This document shows, one piece after another, positions 1-11,876 of a DNA stretch of 64,000 nt. Where the stretch lies: NCBI RefSeq assembly GCF_020745735.1, contig NC_083433.1, positions 2,739,363-2,803,362 on the forward strand, read 5' to 3'. Positions within the stretch are counted from its first letter, which is position 1. Each line of letters opens with the position of its first letter. The DNA comes from Hemiscyllium ocellatum (taxonomy: Eukaryota). The position numbers and the translations under genes were made by a program. Under the pieces are notes generated by a model. That model worked only from the letters and a program-made list of their open reading frames with translations. It did no database searches and was not told where the DNA came from.

Positions 1-340
1 AGGGGAGGCGATGGTCAAATAGGATTATCGTTAATCTAGAGACTCAGGGAATGTTCTGGGGACCTGGGTTTGAGTCCCTCCATGGCAGACAGTGGAATTG
101 TGTTCAGTAAAAATCTGGAATTAAGAATCTAATCATGACCATGAGTTGATTGTCAGAAAAACCCCATCTGGGTCACGAATGTCCTTTAGGGAAGGAAACT
201 GCCATCTTTACCTGGTCTGACCTACATGTGACTCCAGGCCCACTGCAATGCGCTTGATTCTGAATGGTTCTCTGGGCAATAAGGGACGTGGAATAAATGC
301 TGGTCCAGCCAGCAACATCCTCATCCAGTGTATGAATTTT
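1..340 (+). mobile_element. Second abundant SINE-like family (other copies on minus strand about 1000-1240, 11480-11850, 18080-18370, 25950-26240, 32295-32500, 38055-38270, 58860-59060)
   Basis: Recurrent motif GTCCTTTAGGGAAGGAAA..TGCCATC.TTACCTGGTCTG.CCTACATGTGACTCCAG and its reverse complement across the window; family name not assigned. Confidence 0.6.
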
Positions 341-1252
341 TTAAAAACTGAAGATTTAAACAAGAGAAGGCTGCTCGGCCCCTTGAGCCTTTTCTGGTAT
401 TTACTTAGATCGTGGTGTGCTCGGTACCTTTATAGTTCTGCAAACGTGAAACATCCTGATCAAATTAAAATCTTTAATTCTTGGTTTAAACATTTTCAAT
501 AGACTCACCCTCTCCACTCCCACCAGCCACAATGAGCAGTATTTCTTTGGGAGGGATGGGGGTGGTAGAGAAGAAACTATAAAATGCCTACCATGTGGAA
601 ACATGCCATGCAGTCTATCTGAAGAGCATCCCACCCAGCCCCACCTCCCTACCCTATCTCTGTATTTCCCATGGCTAACCCACACAGCTTTGAACTGCAA
701 GAAGGAAACAGGAGCACCCAGAGGAAATCCACACAGACAGAACGTGCAAACGCCACACTGGCAGTCACCTGAGGGTCCCTGGCATCGTGAGGTAGCAGTG
801 CTAACCACTGAGCCACCATCTGCCCAGTTCTGCATTGCCACAGCTCTGCGTGAGGAAGCAATTCCTGGTGTCACCTCTCAGTTTTAAGTTATATTTGATC
901 ATCACAACTGCATCCTCATTAAGTCTGTAGCTTAGAGAGAACGTAAGGCCCCTAGACTGTGCAACTGAGGGCAGTTAGGGGTCAACCACACGTGACAGTG
1001 TTTCTTTCTTTGTTCTTCCATGGGATGCTGGTGTCACTGGCTGGGCCAGTTCTTGTCTCCCATCCCTAATTGCCCCCTTGAACTGAATGGCTTATTTGGG
1101 CCATCTCAAAGGGCAGTTTTACGATGGGTCTGGAGTCACATGTAGGCCAGACCAGGTCTAGGGACAGCAGATTACTCTCCCTGAAGGACAATGGTGAATG
1201 AATGAGATTGGGTTTTGACAGTGGTAGTTTCACCATTACCAAATTATAATTG

Positions 1253-1600
1253 GGGGTGGCTCAGTGGCTACCTCTGCCACCTTACAGCATCAGGGTGCCA
1301 GGTTCGATTCCAGCCTTGGGTAAACTGTCTGTGTAGAGTTTGCACATTCTCCCCGTGTCTGTGAGAGTTTCCTCTGGGTGCTCTGGTTTCCTCCCACAAT
1401 CGAAAGATGTGCAGGTTAGGGTGGCTTGGCCATGCTAAACTACCTGAAGTGTCCATGGATGTGCAGTTGGGTTAGCCATGGGAAGTGCAGGGGTTACAGG
1501 GTTAGGATAGGTGGGGGAGTCTGGGTGGGATGCTCTTCAGAGGATTACTCTGGACTCGATGGACCAAATGGCCTGCTTCCACACTGCAGGGACTCTGTGA
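1253..1600 (+). mobile_element. HE1-like V-SINE (other copies about 575-818 -, 14967-15292 -, 29250-29570 -, 32538-32772 +, 34470-34755 +, 45790-46110 +)
   Basis: A box TGGCTCAGTGG, B box GGTTCGATTCC, V-domain GAGTTTGCACATTCTCCCCGTGTCTG, tail CCACACTG(T/C)AGGGA. Confidence 0.8.
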
Positions 1601-2032
1601 TTCTAATTATTTGTATATAATTTAGATCCAATAATCAATTCGACCAGCTGCAATGGCGGAAGTGGGATTTGACCCCATGAACCCAGACCATCAGTTCATC
1701 AACATTACCAATCCAATGGTATTACTATTATGTCACAATTTCCCCAGAGACGGTGGGGCACATTAGGCATCCTGTCCTCACCCAACACCCAAGGAAACCA
1801 ACAGTGCCCCCTGTCCACAGCCCAGGAGGGACCAAGACTCCATGAACAGCTAGCTCAGGCTTGGCCTTTTGCCCCTCTCTGGTCTGTGGGAATCAGTGCG
1901 TGTGAGGGGCTGTACCTACAAGGTGGTGGTGGAGAGGCTAGCCCCGCGTTTACTGAGCCACAGGGGAGGATGAACTGGATGGATATTTATTTGCGGGTCA
2001 AGACTATTCACCACCCAGACACCAGCCTTTAC

Positions 2033-2099
2033 CTGCAGTAGGTACCTCTTCGGCTTTGGGCCTCGTTTCCTGTATCCTTGTGCCCGGTCTCTCTGCTCC
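2033..2099 (-). CDS. CBX7: CBX7 coding exon 4 (AT-hook-like RKRGPKPK); gene continues beyond left edge
   Basis: ctgcag|G GAG CAG...CTG CAG|gtaaag = EQRDRAQGYRKRGPKPKRYLLQ, 67 nt; similar to mammalian CBX7 EERDRASGYRKRGPKPKRLLLQ. Confidence 0.95.
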
Positions 2100-2904
2100 C
2101 TGCAGGGGTAAGTGCCAAGTGTGAAAACAGGGTCAAGTTTAACAGAAGAAACCAGAAAAAAAATCACAGGTAACCGTAGTAATGGGCCTACTAGCACAGC
2201 GGCTACCTTCAGCCTGTGGTTTCAGTGTGAATCTCCTGTGAGTAAGCAAAGTAAATAGTCAACTGATAAATTCCTGAGGCCAGGAAATTGTTTGAGTTTT
2301 AACCTTTTCTTTGGAAAATCATTTTCTGGGATGTGAGCCTCACTGGCAAGAGGCTGGAATTGATGGCCATCCCTTCGCACTGAGCAGGTAACTCATCACC
2401 TTCAACCAGTGCCACAAGACCGTAAGGCATTGGAGCAGAATTAGGCCATTCAGCCCATCGAGTCTGCTACACCATCCAATGAGATCATGATTGATCTGAT
2501 AATCCTGAAATCCAATTTCCTTCCATGAACCTCAGATCTTTTACCTTTAACTTAGAGTTGTCATACAAGGAGGAACTTCCTAGACTATTTCAAAGCGAAA
2601 ATAACTAAAGGGATTAACTGAAGGGACCAAGGAACAAGGAACTGAAGGGGGAGACCGGGATTAGGGAACTGGGTTCAATGATCAACGATGATCATATTGA
2701 ATGGTGGAGCAGGCCTGAGGGGCTGAATGGCCTGCTCCTATCTTCGATGTTTCTAACCACACATGGTTGCATCTAGGTCCAGAGCCGCTAACTGTAGCTT
2801 CCCTCCTCTTACGAAGGGACATAAATGAATCCATTGGATTGTTATGACAATCCCAAAGCTTCTCATCACTTTCATTGATCCAGCATTTTGTTTCCCAATT
2901 TTCC

Positions 2905-3700
2905 AATCCTTAAGGTAAACTTGTATTTAAGTTAGTAGTTAGGAAGGCAAATACAATGATGGTATTTATTTTTAAGAGGACTTGAATATAAAAACAGGGA
3001 TATACTTCTGAGGCTCTATAAAGCTCTTGTCAGACCACATTTGGAGTATTGTGCACAGGTTAGGGCCCCATATCTTCAGAAGGAGCATGTTCAGAGGTGA
3101 TTTACGAGAATATGCCAGGAATGAAAAGCTTAACATATGAGGAACGTTTGAGGACTCTGGGTCTAGACTCAGAGTTTTGAAGGGATGAGAGGGATCTACT
3201 TGAAATATACAAAATACTGAATGGCCTGGACAGAGTAGGTGTTGGGAAGATGTTTCCATTGGTAGGAGAAACCAGGACCTGAGGGCATAGCCTTAGAGTA
3301 AAGGGAGAGCCCTTTGGAACAGACATAAGGTAAAAAATGAGGTCTGCAGATGCTGGAGATCACAGCTGAAAATGTGTTGCTGGTCAAAGCACAGCAGGCC
3401 AGGCAGCATCTCAGGAATAGGGAATTCGACATTTCGAGCATAAGCCCTTCATCAGGAATCACATAAGGTGAAGCTTCTTCAGCTAGAGTGGTGAATCAAT
3501 GAAATTCATTACCACAGAAGACTGTGGAGGCCAGATCATTGAGTATATTTAAGACTGAGATAGATGGGTTGTTAAGTGTTAAGGGGATCAAGGGTTATGG
3601 GGAGAATGGAGTTGAGAAATTTATCAGCCTTGATTGCATGGCGAAGCAGACTCGATGGGCTGAATGGCCTAATTTCTGCTCAGATATGTTATGTTATGTT
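2905..3700 (+). mobile_element. CR1/HER1-like LINE 3' fragment, interrupted at 3332-3460
   Basis: Decayed [16 protein letters not shown]...P RT C-terminal motif and 3' tail GGGCTGAATGGCCT. Confidence 0.8.
3422..3460 (-). ncRNA. Minimal type-I hammerhead motif (family A) in a 129-bp insertion at 3332-3460
   Basis: Reverse strand GATTC-CTGATGA-A-GGGC TTAT GCTC-GAAAT-GTC-GAATT; stem I ATTC/GAAT intact; flanking ACATAAGGT duplication. Confidence 0.65.
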
Positions 3701-4219
3701 ATTCCCAAACTGCCCAGACTGGGACGTGAACTCACATTCTCTGGACTATTAGTTCAGTAACATCATTTGGTGGAACAGCTGTAATCACTGTCCAGCCTTA
3801 GTGCCTGAGATTGACCATTAATCTTCATGGAGTAGGAGCACACTCAGGCGATGAGAGACACTTCCCCCTCACCAAGGTTCACTGTTGATTTTGATTCAGC
3901 TTTTCCTGGTACTTTATCGACTCTGAACCAAGGACAACCAGATTTTAAAATTCAATTTCAGAAGCTGACACTGAGGGACGATGAGTCAAGGGGGATCAAT
4001 ACTTCACAGCACCTGACTTTACAAACGTTTAACCCTGTAACAAAAAAAAACTCACGACAGACCTGTGTTGGGCACACTACTACTCACAGGGCAGCTTCAT
4101 ACACACATGTCTAACACCCTGTCAAACACACACACACTGCTACACAGATCCAACAGCCCAAGGGCTGCAGGGCATATACAGAGGATTGCATTGTGTACGC
4201 ACAGGTTGCTGGGTGGACA

Positions 4220-4330
4220 CGCAGGGTTCCAGGGCCTATACGCGGGGGTCCCAGGGCCTATACGTGGGGGTCCCAGGGCCTATTCGCAGGGGTCCCAGGG
4301 CCTATATGAGGGGTCTCCAGGGCATATGCA
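4220..4330. repeat. 22-bp tandem repeat, about 5 copies
   Basis: Unit GGGTCCCAGGGCCTATACGCGG; ccagggcc recurs at 4229, 4251, 4273, 4295. Confidence 0.85.
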
Positions 4331-4354
4331 CAGGGCAGCATAACATCTTCTTAC

Positions 4355-4420
4355 TTTTCCTCATAAGCCATGACGAGACGGGGATCCAGTATGTGATCTT
4401 CCGGTTCCCATGTACTGTAT
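4355..4420 (-). CDS. CBX7: CBX7 coding exon 3 (chromodomain)
   Basis: tgtttcag|A TAC AGT ACA TGG...GAA AA|gtaaga = YSTWEPEDHILDPRLVMAYEE(K), 66 nt, phase 2-2. Confidence 0.95.
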
Positions 4421-4806
4421 CTGAAACAGAGGCAAAGGCAGAGTTTACGCGACACACTCACTCACCGGATTCCCACTGGCAAGTCCTCAGCAAGTGCAGC
4501 AATCTTTGTTTGTCTTGTTTTTTACAAAAAGACTTGCATCTCTGGAGAGCTTCTCACCACCTCAGAACATCCCAAATTACCCAACAGCCAATGAAGTGCT
4601 TTCTGAAGTGGGCAGTCACTGCTGGAACAGCTGCCTGTCTGTACACAGCTAGATTCCACAAGCAGCAACTCAACGTGACTAGGGAAATCATTTTAGTGAC
4701 GTTGGCTGCAAACAAATATTGGCACCAGATTGTTTAGGAGGGATTGGTGAAGGAGAGAAAAGAGAGAGAGAAAGAGATAACTTGACCCCTGCTGTTCCTC
4801 AAAATA

Positions 4807-6909
4807 CAGGACGTTCTGCTATAACATAACACTTGTGTTCCTCTATGACCATGCACTATAGAAAACCACACCGTTGGGGATCGCTATAGAAAACCACACC
4901 GTTGGGGATCACTATGTAAAACCACACCGTTGGGGATCGCTATAGAAAACCACACCATTGGGGATCGCTATAGAAAACCACACCGTTGGGGATCACTATA
5001 GAAAACCACACCGTTGGGGATCGCTATAGAAAACCACACCGTTGGGGATCGCTATAGAAAACCACACCGTTGGGGATCGCTATAGAAAACCACACCGTTG
5101 GGGATCACTATGTAAAACCACACCATTGGGGATCGCTATAGAAAACCACACCGTTGGGGATCACTATAGAAAACCACACCGTTGGGGATCACTATAGAAA
5201 ACCACACCGTTGGGGATCACTATAGAAAACCACACCGTTGGGGATCACTATAGAAAACCACACCGTTGGGGATCGCTATAGAAAACCACACCGTTGGGGA
5301 TCGCTATAGAAAACCACACCATTGAGGATCGCTATAGAAAACCACACCGTTGGGGATCACTATAGAAAACCACACCGTTGGGGATCGCTATAGAAAACCA
5401 CACCGTTGGGGATCGCTATAGAAAACCACACCATTGGGGATCGCTATAGAAAACCAACCGTTGGGGATCGTTATAGAAAACCACACCGTTGGGGATCACT
5501 ATAGAACACCACACCGTTGGGGATCACTATAGAAAACCACACCGTTGGGGATCACTATAGAAAACCACACCGTTGGGGATCACTATAGAAAACCACACCG
5601 TTGGGGATCACTATCGAAAACCACACCGTTGGGGATCGCTATAGAAAACCACACCATTGGGGATCACTATAGAAAACCACACCGTTGGGGATCACTATAG
5701 AAAACCACACCGTTGGGGATCACTATAGAAAACCACACCGTTGGGGATCGCTATAGAAAACCACACCATTAGGGATCACTATAGAAAACCACACCATTGG
5801 GGATCACTATAGAAAACCACACCGTTGGGGATCACTATAGAAAACCACACCGTTGGGGATCACTGTAGAAAACCACACCGTTGGGGATCGCTATAGAAAA
5901 CCACACCATTGGGGATCGCTATAGAAAACCACACCGTTGGGGATCGCTATAGAAAACCACACCGTTGGGGATCGCTATAGAAAACCACACCGTTGGGGGT
6001 CACTGTAGAAAACCACACCGTTGGGGATCGCTATAGAAAACCACACCGTTGGGGATCGCTATAGAAAACCACACCGTTGGGGGTCACTGTAGAAAACCAC
6101 ACCGTTGGGGATCACTATAGAAAACCACACCATTGGGGATCGCTATAGAAAACCACACCGTTGGGGATCGCTATAGAAAACCACACCGTTGGGGATCGCT
6201 ATAGAAAACCACACCGTTGGGGATCACTATAGAAAACCACACCATTGGGGATCACTATAGAAAACCACACCGTTGGGGATCACTGTAGAAAACCACACCG
6301 TTGGGGATCGCTATAGAAAACCACACCGTTGGGGATCACTATAGAAAACCACACTATTGGGGATCGCTATAGAAAACCACACCGTTGGGGATCACTATAG
6401 AAAACCACACCATTGGGGATCACTATAGAAAACCACACCGTTGGGGATCACTATAGAAAACCACACCATTGGGGATCACTATAGAAAACCACACCATTGG
6501 GGATCGCTATAGAAAACCACACCATTGGGGATCGCTATAGAAAACCACACCGTTGGGGATCACTATAGAAAACCACACCGTTGGGGATCACTATAGAAAA
6601 CCACACCATTGGGGATCACTATAGAAAACCACACCATTGGGGATCGCTATAGAAAACCACACCATTGGGGATCGCTATAGAAAACCACACCATTGGGGAT
6701 CACTATAGAAAACCACACCACTGGGTATCACTGTAGAAAACCACACCACTGGGTATCACTGTAGAAAACCACACCATTAGGGATTGCTACAGAAAATTGT
6801 TAAGGACATTCAGTAGAAAATTTGCATTATCTAAACAACGACCACAATCCGTCAATTGCGTTATAACCAATTCACGCTGATGAAACGCTCATTATAACAG
6901 AACGACCTG
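4807..6909. mobile_element. Non-autonomous Tc1/mariner-pogo (Tigger-like) MITE containing an expanded minisatellite
   Basis: TA|CAGGACGTTCTGCTATAA at left and TTATAACAGAACGACCTG|TA at right: 18-bp inverted repeats with 2 mismatches and a TA duplication. Confidence 0.75.
4855..6796. repeat. 28-bp minisatellite, about 69 copies
   Basis: Unit CTATAGAAAACCACACC(G/A)TTGGGGATC(G/A), directly visible. Confidence 0.97.
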
Positions 6910-7477
6910 TACTGGACTATCCACATGCACCAAGGAGGATCAATCAGGAGATCTCTATTCAAGTAGAGTCTGTGTCTCTGGGTGAAACTCAACATGAAGA
7001 CAACAGTCCGCACTTCATGACAGTAACCCATGACCACTCAGTGCACACGTTTATGTTCAGAATCTAAAATTAGTGGAGAGATTAACAGCTGATTCTGTTG
7101 AAAAGGAGGTTTAATTTTATTGCGTGCAGTCACATGTGACTAATCCAAATCATGAATATTACTTGTGTAGGTTTAATGTTTTTCTCGCTGATTCAAGCGT
7201 TCCATACTATTTTGTAATGAAGAAGAATTAAATGGGTCCGTGCCCAATCAGGGGAGACTCAGTGTCACAGACATTAAAGTGTTAATGGAGCCTGCAGACC
7301 ATGGCAATGATTGGTCAGTCACTGACTCACACGCACTCACTTGGACATGCTCAATAACAGAGCCAACACTTCCCCTTCCCCCATTTGGCTGCAAAAATAC
7401 TGCAGAACGAGAGAAACCAACAGAATACATCACGTGATTAACTCAAGCACCAGAGCAAGCCGTTCCTTCACTCTCAG

Positions 7478-7830
7478 ACACATGCACACAAATACACATA
7501 CACAAATACACGTACACACACACACAGACACATAGGCATACACACAGACACGTACACGGTCACACAGGCATGTACACACACAAAGACATATACACACATG
7601 GATACACAGACTCGTACGTAGACAGATGCAAATACACACATACACACAGACATGCACATGCATGCACAAATACACAGATGGAAAGACACATACACAGCCA
7701 CAAAACACAGACATGTACACCTACACACACAGACAGACGGACAGACATGTAAATTCACACGAAATTGCAGAAAACAGATACATACAGAGTCACATACAGA
7801 GTCAAAAAATATGCAGAGAAATGTATGGGC
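7478..7830. repeat. Degenerate (CA)n / (TG)n low-complexity tract
   Basis: acacacacagacacata-type sequence; source of several spurious ORFs. Confidence 0.9.
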
Positions 7831-7950
7831 AATAATTTTGGAGATCAATGTCACTGGGAGCTGCATCTAATAACGAGGAGGATGAGAGCTAGTCCTTTGC
7901 TACAGTGAAGCTAAGGATTGAAGTGGTGCCCCAAGCCTTCCCATTCCAGT

Positions 7951-8155
7951 CTCAGCACTGACCCTCCGACAGTGCCCACTCCCTCAGCACTGACCCTTCG
8001 ACAGTGCAGTGCTCCCTCAGCACTGACCCTCTGACAGTGCGGCACTCCCTCAGCACTGACCCACTGACAGTGCGGCGCTCCCTCAGCACTGACCCTCCGA
8101 CAGTGCATCTCAGCACTGACCCTCCGACAGTGCGGCGCTCCCTCAGCACTGACAG
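7951..8155. repeat. 33-bp hairpin minisatellite, about 6 copies
   Basis: Unit CTCCCTCAGCACTGACCCTCCGACAGTGCGGCG with internal GCACTG/CAGTGC inverted repeat. Confidence 0.9.
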
Positions 8156-8984
8156 AGTCAAAGAAATGTACAGAGAAACATACTGTACACATGTAAATAC
8201 ATACAGCCAGCGACATAAGCGTGCACTCACACAATCCCACACACAGCGAAACAGACACAAGGAGACCCAATCTCTCTCTTGTACACAACAGAGACAGAAA
8301 GGAAAATTGAAATTGTTGTGCTTAGCTGTCAAGTGTCCCAAATTTATAACAACGACAGTTGTTCACAAATACATCACTGGCCTGTGACATCCTGAGGATG
8401 TGGAAGGTGCTACCAAAAGAAAAGATCTTCCTTTTTCTCTCAGAATTTCCTCAAACCACCTATTGCCTTCATTATCACTTGCCACTCAACCCAATGATAT
8501 GTCTGCTCTGTAGCAGCTGCTATGACACTGTAATGGGATCACCTTTGGGCACCATAGAGTCATAGAGATGTACAGCATGGAAACAGACTCTTCGGTCCAA
8601 CCCGTCCATGCCGACCATATCCTCAGCTCCAAGTGTCCGAACCTAATACTCCTCACCATTATACACAGCTCCCAGAAACATCCATCCCTGAAATTATTTC
8701 CTAAAGAAGTTGTAGATGTCTTGCTAATCCCTAGTTTCCCTTGAGAAGGTGGGAGTGAGCTGTCTTCTTGAACCATTGCAGTCCACCTGATTGACCCACA
8801 ATGTCCTCAGGGATGGAATTCCAGGATTTTGACCCAGCGACACTGAAGGAACGGTGATATATTTCCAAGTCAGGGTGGTGAGTGGTTTGGAGGGGAACTT
8901 GGAGGGGTGTTCCCATGTATCTGCTGCCTTCATCCTTCTAGATGGACATGATCGTGTGTTTGGAAGGTGCTGTTAGCAGTGGAT

Positions 8985-9180
8985 CTGCACACAGGTAGAT
9001 CACCAGGCCAGGAGATCACTATACTGGTAGATCACTACACTGGCAGATCACCATGCCAGTAGATTGCCACTCCAATAAATCACTGGTGGATCACAACACT
9101 AGTAGATCACTGTGCTGGTAGATCACTGCATTGGCAGTTACTGTGCCAACAGATTGCTGCACCAGTAGATCACCACGCTA
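8985..9180. repeat. Degenerate ~16-bp tandem repeat
   Basis: Recurring (G)TAGATCAC(T/C)...CTG/CCAG units. Confidence 0.65.
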
Positions 9181-9289
9181 GGGTGCTAGGTAAATATAAA
9201 CTGTTGTAAAGCAGCAGTCCTCATGGTATAACAACAACCTGCAGAATCCCCATTTTGCTATAATAAAGGGTCATCAATCTATGAGGAGC

Positions 9290-10700
9290 AAGGGCTTAGG
9301 GGCTCAGCTCCATCAACATGTATAAACAACCCCAACAGAGGCATGGGATTGAGGGTGATTTAGCAGTTGGATCAGAAAATGGCTAGCTGAAAGAAGACAG
9401 AGGGTGGTGGTTGACAGGAAATGTTTATCCTGGAGTTCAGTTGCTCATGGTGTACCACAAGGATCTGTTTTGGCACACTGCTGTTTATAATTTTTATAAA
9501 CGTCCTGGATGAGGGTGTAGAAGGATGGGTTAGTAAATTTGCAGATGATACTAAGGTCAGTGGAGTTGTGGACAGTGCAGAAGGATGTTGTAGGTTACAG
9601 AAAGACATGGACAAGCTGCAGAGCTGGGCTGAGAGGTGGCAAATGGAGTTTAATGTGGAAAAGTGTGAGGTGATTGACTTTGGAAAGAGCAACAGGAATA
9701 AAGAGTACTGGGCTGATGATAAGATTCTTGGTAGTGTAGATGAGCACAGAGATCTCGGTGTCCATGTGCATGGATATCTGAAAGTTGCCACCGGATTGAT
9801 AGGGTTGTTAAGAAGGCATACAGTGTCTTAGCTTTTATTAGTACAGGGATTGAGTTTCGGAGCCATGAGGTCATGCTGCAGCTGTACAAAGCTCTGGTGT
9901 GACTGCACTTGGAGTATTGTGTACAGTTCTGGTCACCATGGGCGGCACGGTGGCACAGTGGTTAGCACTGCTGCCTCACAGCACCAGAGACCCGGGCTCT
10001 ATTCCCTTAGGCGACTGTCTGTGTGGAGTTTGCACGTTCTTCCCGTGTCTGCATGGGTTTCCTCCCACAATACAAAGATGTGCGGGTCAGGTGAATTGGC
10101 CATGCTAAGTTGCCCGTAGTGTTAGGTAAGGAGTAAATGTAGGGGTATGGGTGGGTTGCGCTTCGGCGGGTCGGTGTGGACTTGTTGGGCTGTAGGGCCT
10201 GTTTCCACACTGTAAGTAATCTAATCTAATCTAATTATAAGAAGGATGTGGAAGCTTCAGAAAGGATTCAGATGAGAGTTACGAGGACGTTGCCTGGTAT
10301 GAAAGGAAGGTCTTATGAGGAATGGCTGAGGGACTTGAGACTGTTTTCATTAGAGAGAAGGCGGCCGAGAGGTGTCTTAATTGAGACATATAAGATAATC
10401 AGAGGGTTGGATAGGGTGGACAGTGAGAGCCTTTTTCCTCAGATGGTGATGACTACCCCAAGGGGGCATAAGTTTAAATTGAGGGGTGATAGGTATGGGA
10501 CAGATGTCAGAGGTAGTTTTTTTACTCAGAGAGTAGTAGGGGCATGGAACGCACTTCCTGCAACAGTAGTAAACTCACCAGGTTTGGTGGCATTTAAATG
10601 GACGAGAATGGAATAGTGGAGGTGAGATGGGCTTCAGATTGGTTTCACAGGTCAACACAACATCAAGGGCCGAAGGGCCTGTACTGCGCTGTAATGTTCT
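9290..10700 (+). mobile_element. CR1/HER1-like LINE fragment (RT domain to 3' end)
   Basis: SKFADDTKV RT motif (ORF 9421-9831), LFSLERRR and FFTQRVVGAWNALP (ORF 10248-10616); frameshifted. Confidence 0.88.
9940..10234 (+). mobile_element. HE1-like tRNA-derived V-SINE, near full length, nested in a CR1 LINE
   Basis: tRNA-like head GGCGGCACGGTGGCACAGTGGTTAGCACTGCTGCCTCAC, V-domain TGTGTGGAGTTTGCACGTTCT, (TAATC)n tail; interrupts LINE sequence ggtcacca/ttataagaaggatgtg. Confidence 0.85.
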
Positions 10701-10808
10701 ATGTCTGATAACAGAACCAACTGGGATGGGGATTCATGGATGAGTAGAGGAGCTGGGACAAGGTGCAGAGAGAAGATCAGGACAGAACACTGGCGATCGG
10801 TTACTTAC

Positions 10809-10852
10809 TTTGGGGGCCATCCTTTCCACTTCACAAAATATTCCACTCTACC
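10809..10852 (-). CDS. CBX7: CBX7 coding exon 2 (chromodomain)
   Basis: ttgacag|GGT AGA GTG GAA TAT TTT GTG AAG TGG AAA GGA TGG CCC CCA AA|gtaagt = GRVEYFVKWKGWPP(K), 44 nt; aromatic-cage tryptophans present. Confidence 0.95.
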
Positions 10853-11218
10853 CTGTCAATCAAACAGAAAACAAAGTGTCATCAGGTGGGCACAGTACAC
10901 AGCACAGCTCATACACACAGAGTGCACACACGGAGTACGTGCACACCCACACGGAGCGTGCTCACACCCAGAGACCTAACCAGCACACACACTATCACTA
11001 CAGCCTGTAGCAGACGTCCTTCACCCACATTCACCATGTGTTTCACAGAAAGACAGCCTCCAGCCAGCTGGCCACAGTCCACACAGTTACCTCCCTCAAA
11101 GACATGATGTTGTGTAACTGAGTCAGGAGACTTCGTACTGATCACAGGCCAGATTGTTAAATGGAGGAATATTAAACTGGTACGATCCTGGAAAGAAACG
11201 TGGCACATGCACACTCTA

Positions 11219-11371
11219 CCTAACCCCGTGCTGTCCCTGTCCCTGGGAGTGTTTGATGTGGGACAGTGTAGAGGGAGCTTTACTCTGGATCTAACCCTGT
11301 GCTGTCTCTGTCCCTGGGAGTGTTTGATGAGGGACAGTGTAGAGGGAGCTTTACTCTGGATCTAACCCTGT
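11219..11371 (+). repeat. 71-bp tandem repeat (2 copies); inverted copies at about 12196-12340
   Basis: Unit TAACCCCGTGCTGTCCCTGTCCCTGGGAGTGTTTGATG..GGACAGTGTAGAGGGAGCTTTACTCTGGATC; reverse complement seen at 12196-12340. Confidence 0.85.
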
Positions 11372-11876
11372 CAACCCAATCTTGGCTGTGTTTCTAATAA
11401 TATTATTAATTTAGACTGTTTATGCTGTTCACATGTCTGAAGGAAATCAGGGAGTTTGGAAATTAAGATTGTTTTAATTCTGTCAGAGATGTGGGTGTCA
11501 CAGGCAAAGACAGGATTTTCTGCCCATTTCTAGTTGCCCTTGAACTGTGCGCCTTGAGACCATTTGAAAGGGGAGCGAGGAGTTAACCACAGTGCTATGG
11601 GGATGGAGTCACACGTAGAGCAGACCAGGATCGATGGCAGATTTCCAATCCTAAAGCATATTAGTGAACAGGATTTCTTTGACAGCAATCAATGATAGAT
11701 TTGTGTTCACCATCATTGAAACTTGGCGTTATATTCCAGACTTTATAACTGGATCGACATTCACATGTCACCACCGAAATGTGAACCCACGTCCTCAGAG
11801 AATTAGCCCACAATCCTCAAGATTACCAGCGCAGTAACATGAGCACTTCAACACCAACTCCAAGACAGCATGGTGT

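Noticed and set aside
4855-6796. CRISPR-like appearance of the 28-bp array
   Set aside because: Units are head-to-tail with no unique spacers, there are no cas genes, and the context is a vertebrate intron.
7341-8387. Cluster of overlapping ORFs rich in C/V/H/T
   Set aside because: Translations of (CA)n and 33-bp tandem repeats; no coding signature.
9940-10015. tRNA-like sequence with A/B boxes (also at 1253, 34470, 45790)
   Set aside because: SINE heads continuing into V-domain and LINE-derived tails; not tRNA genes.
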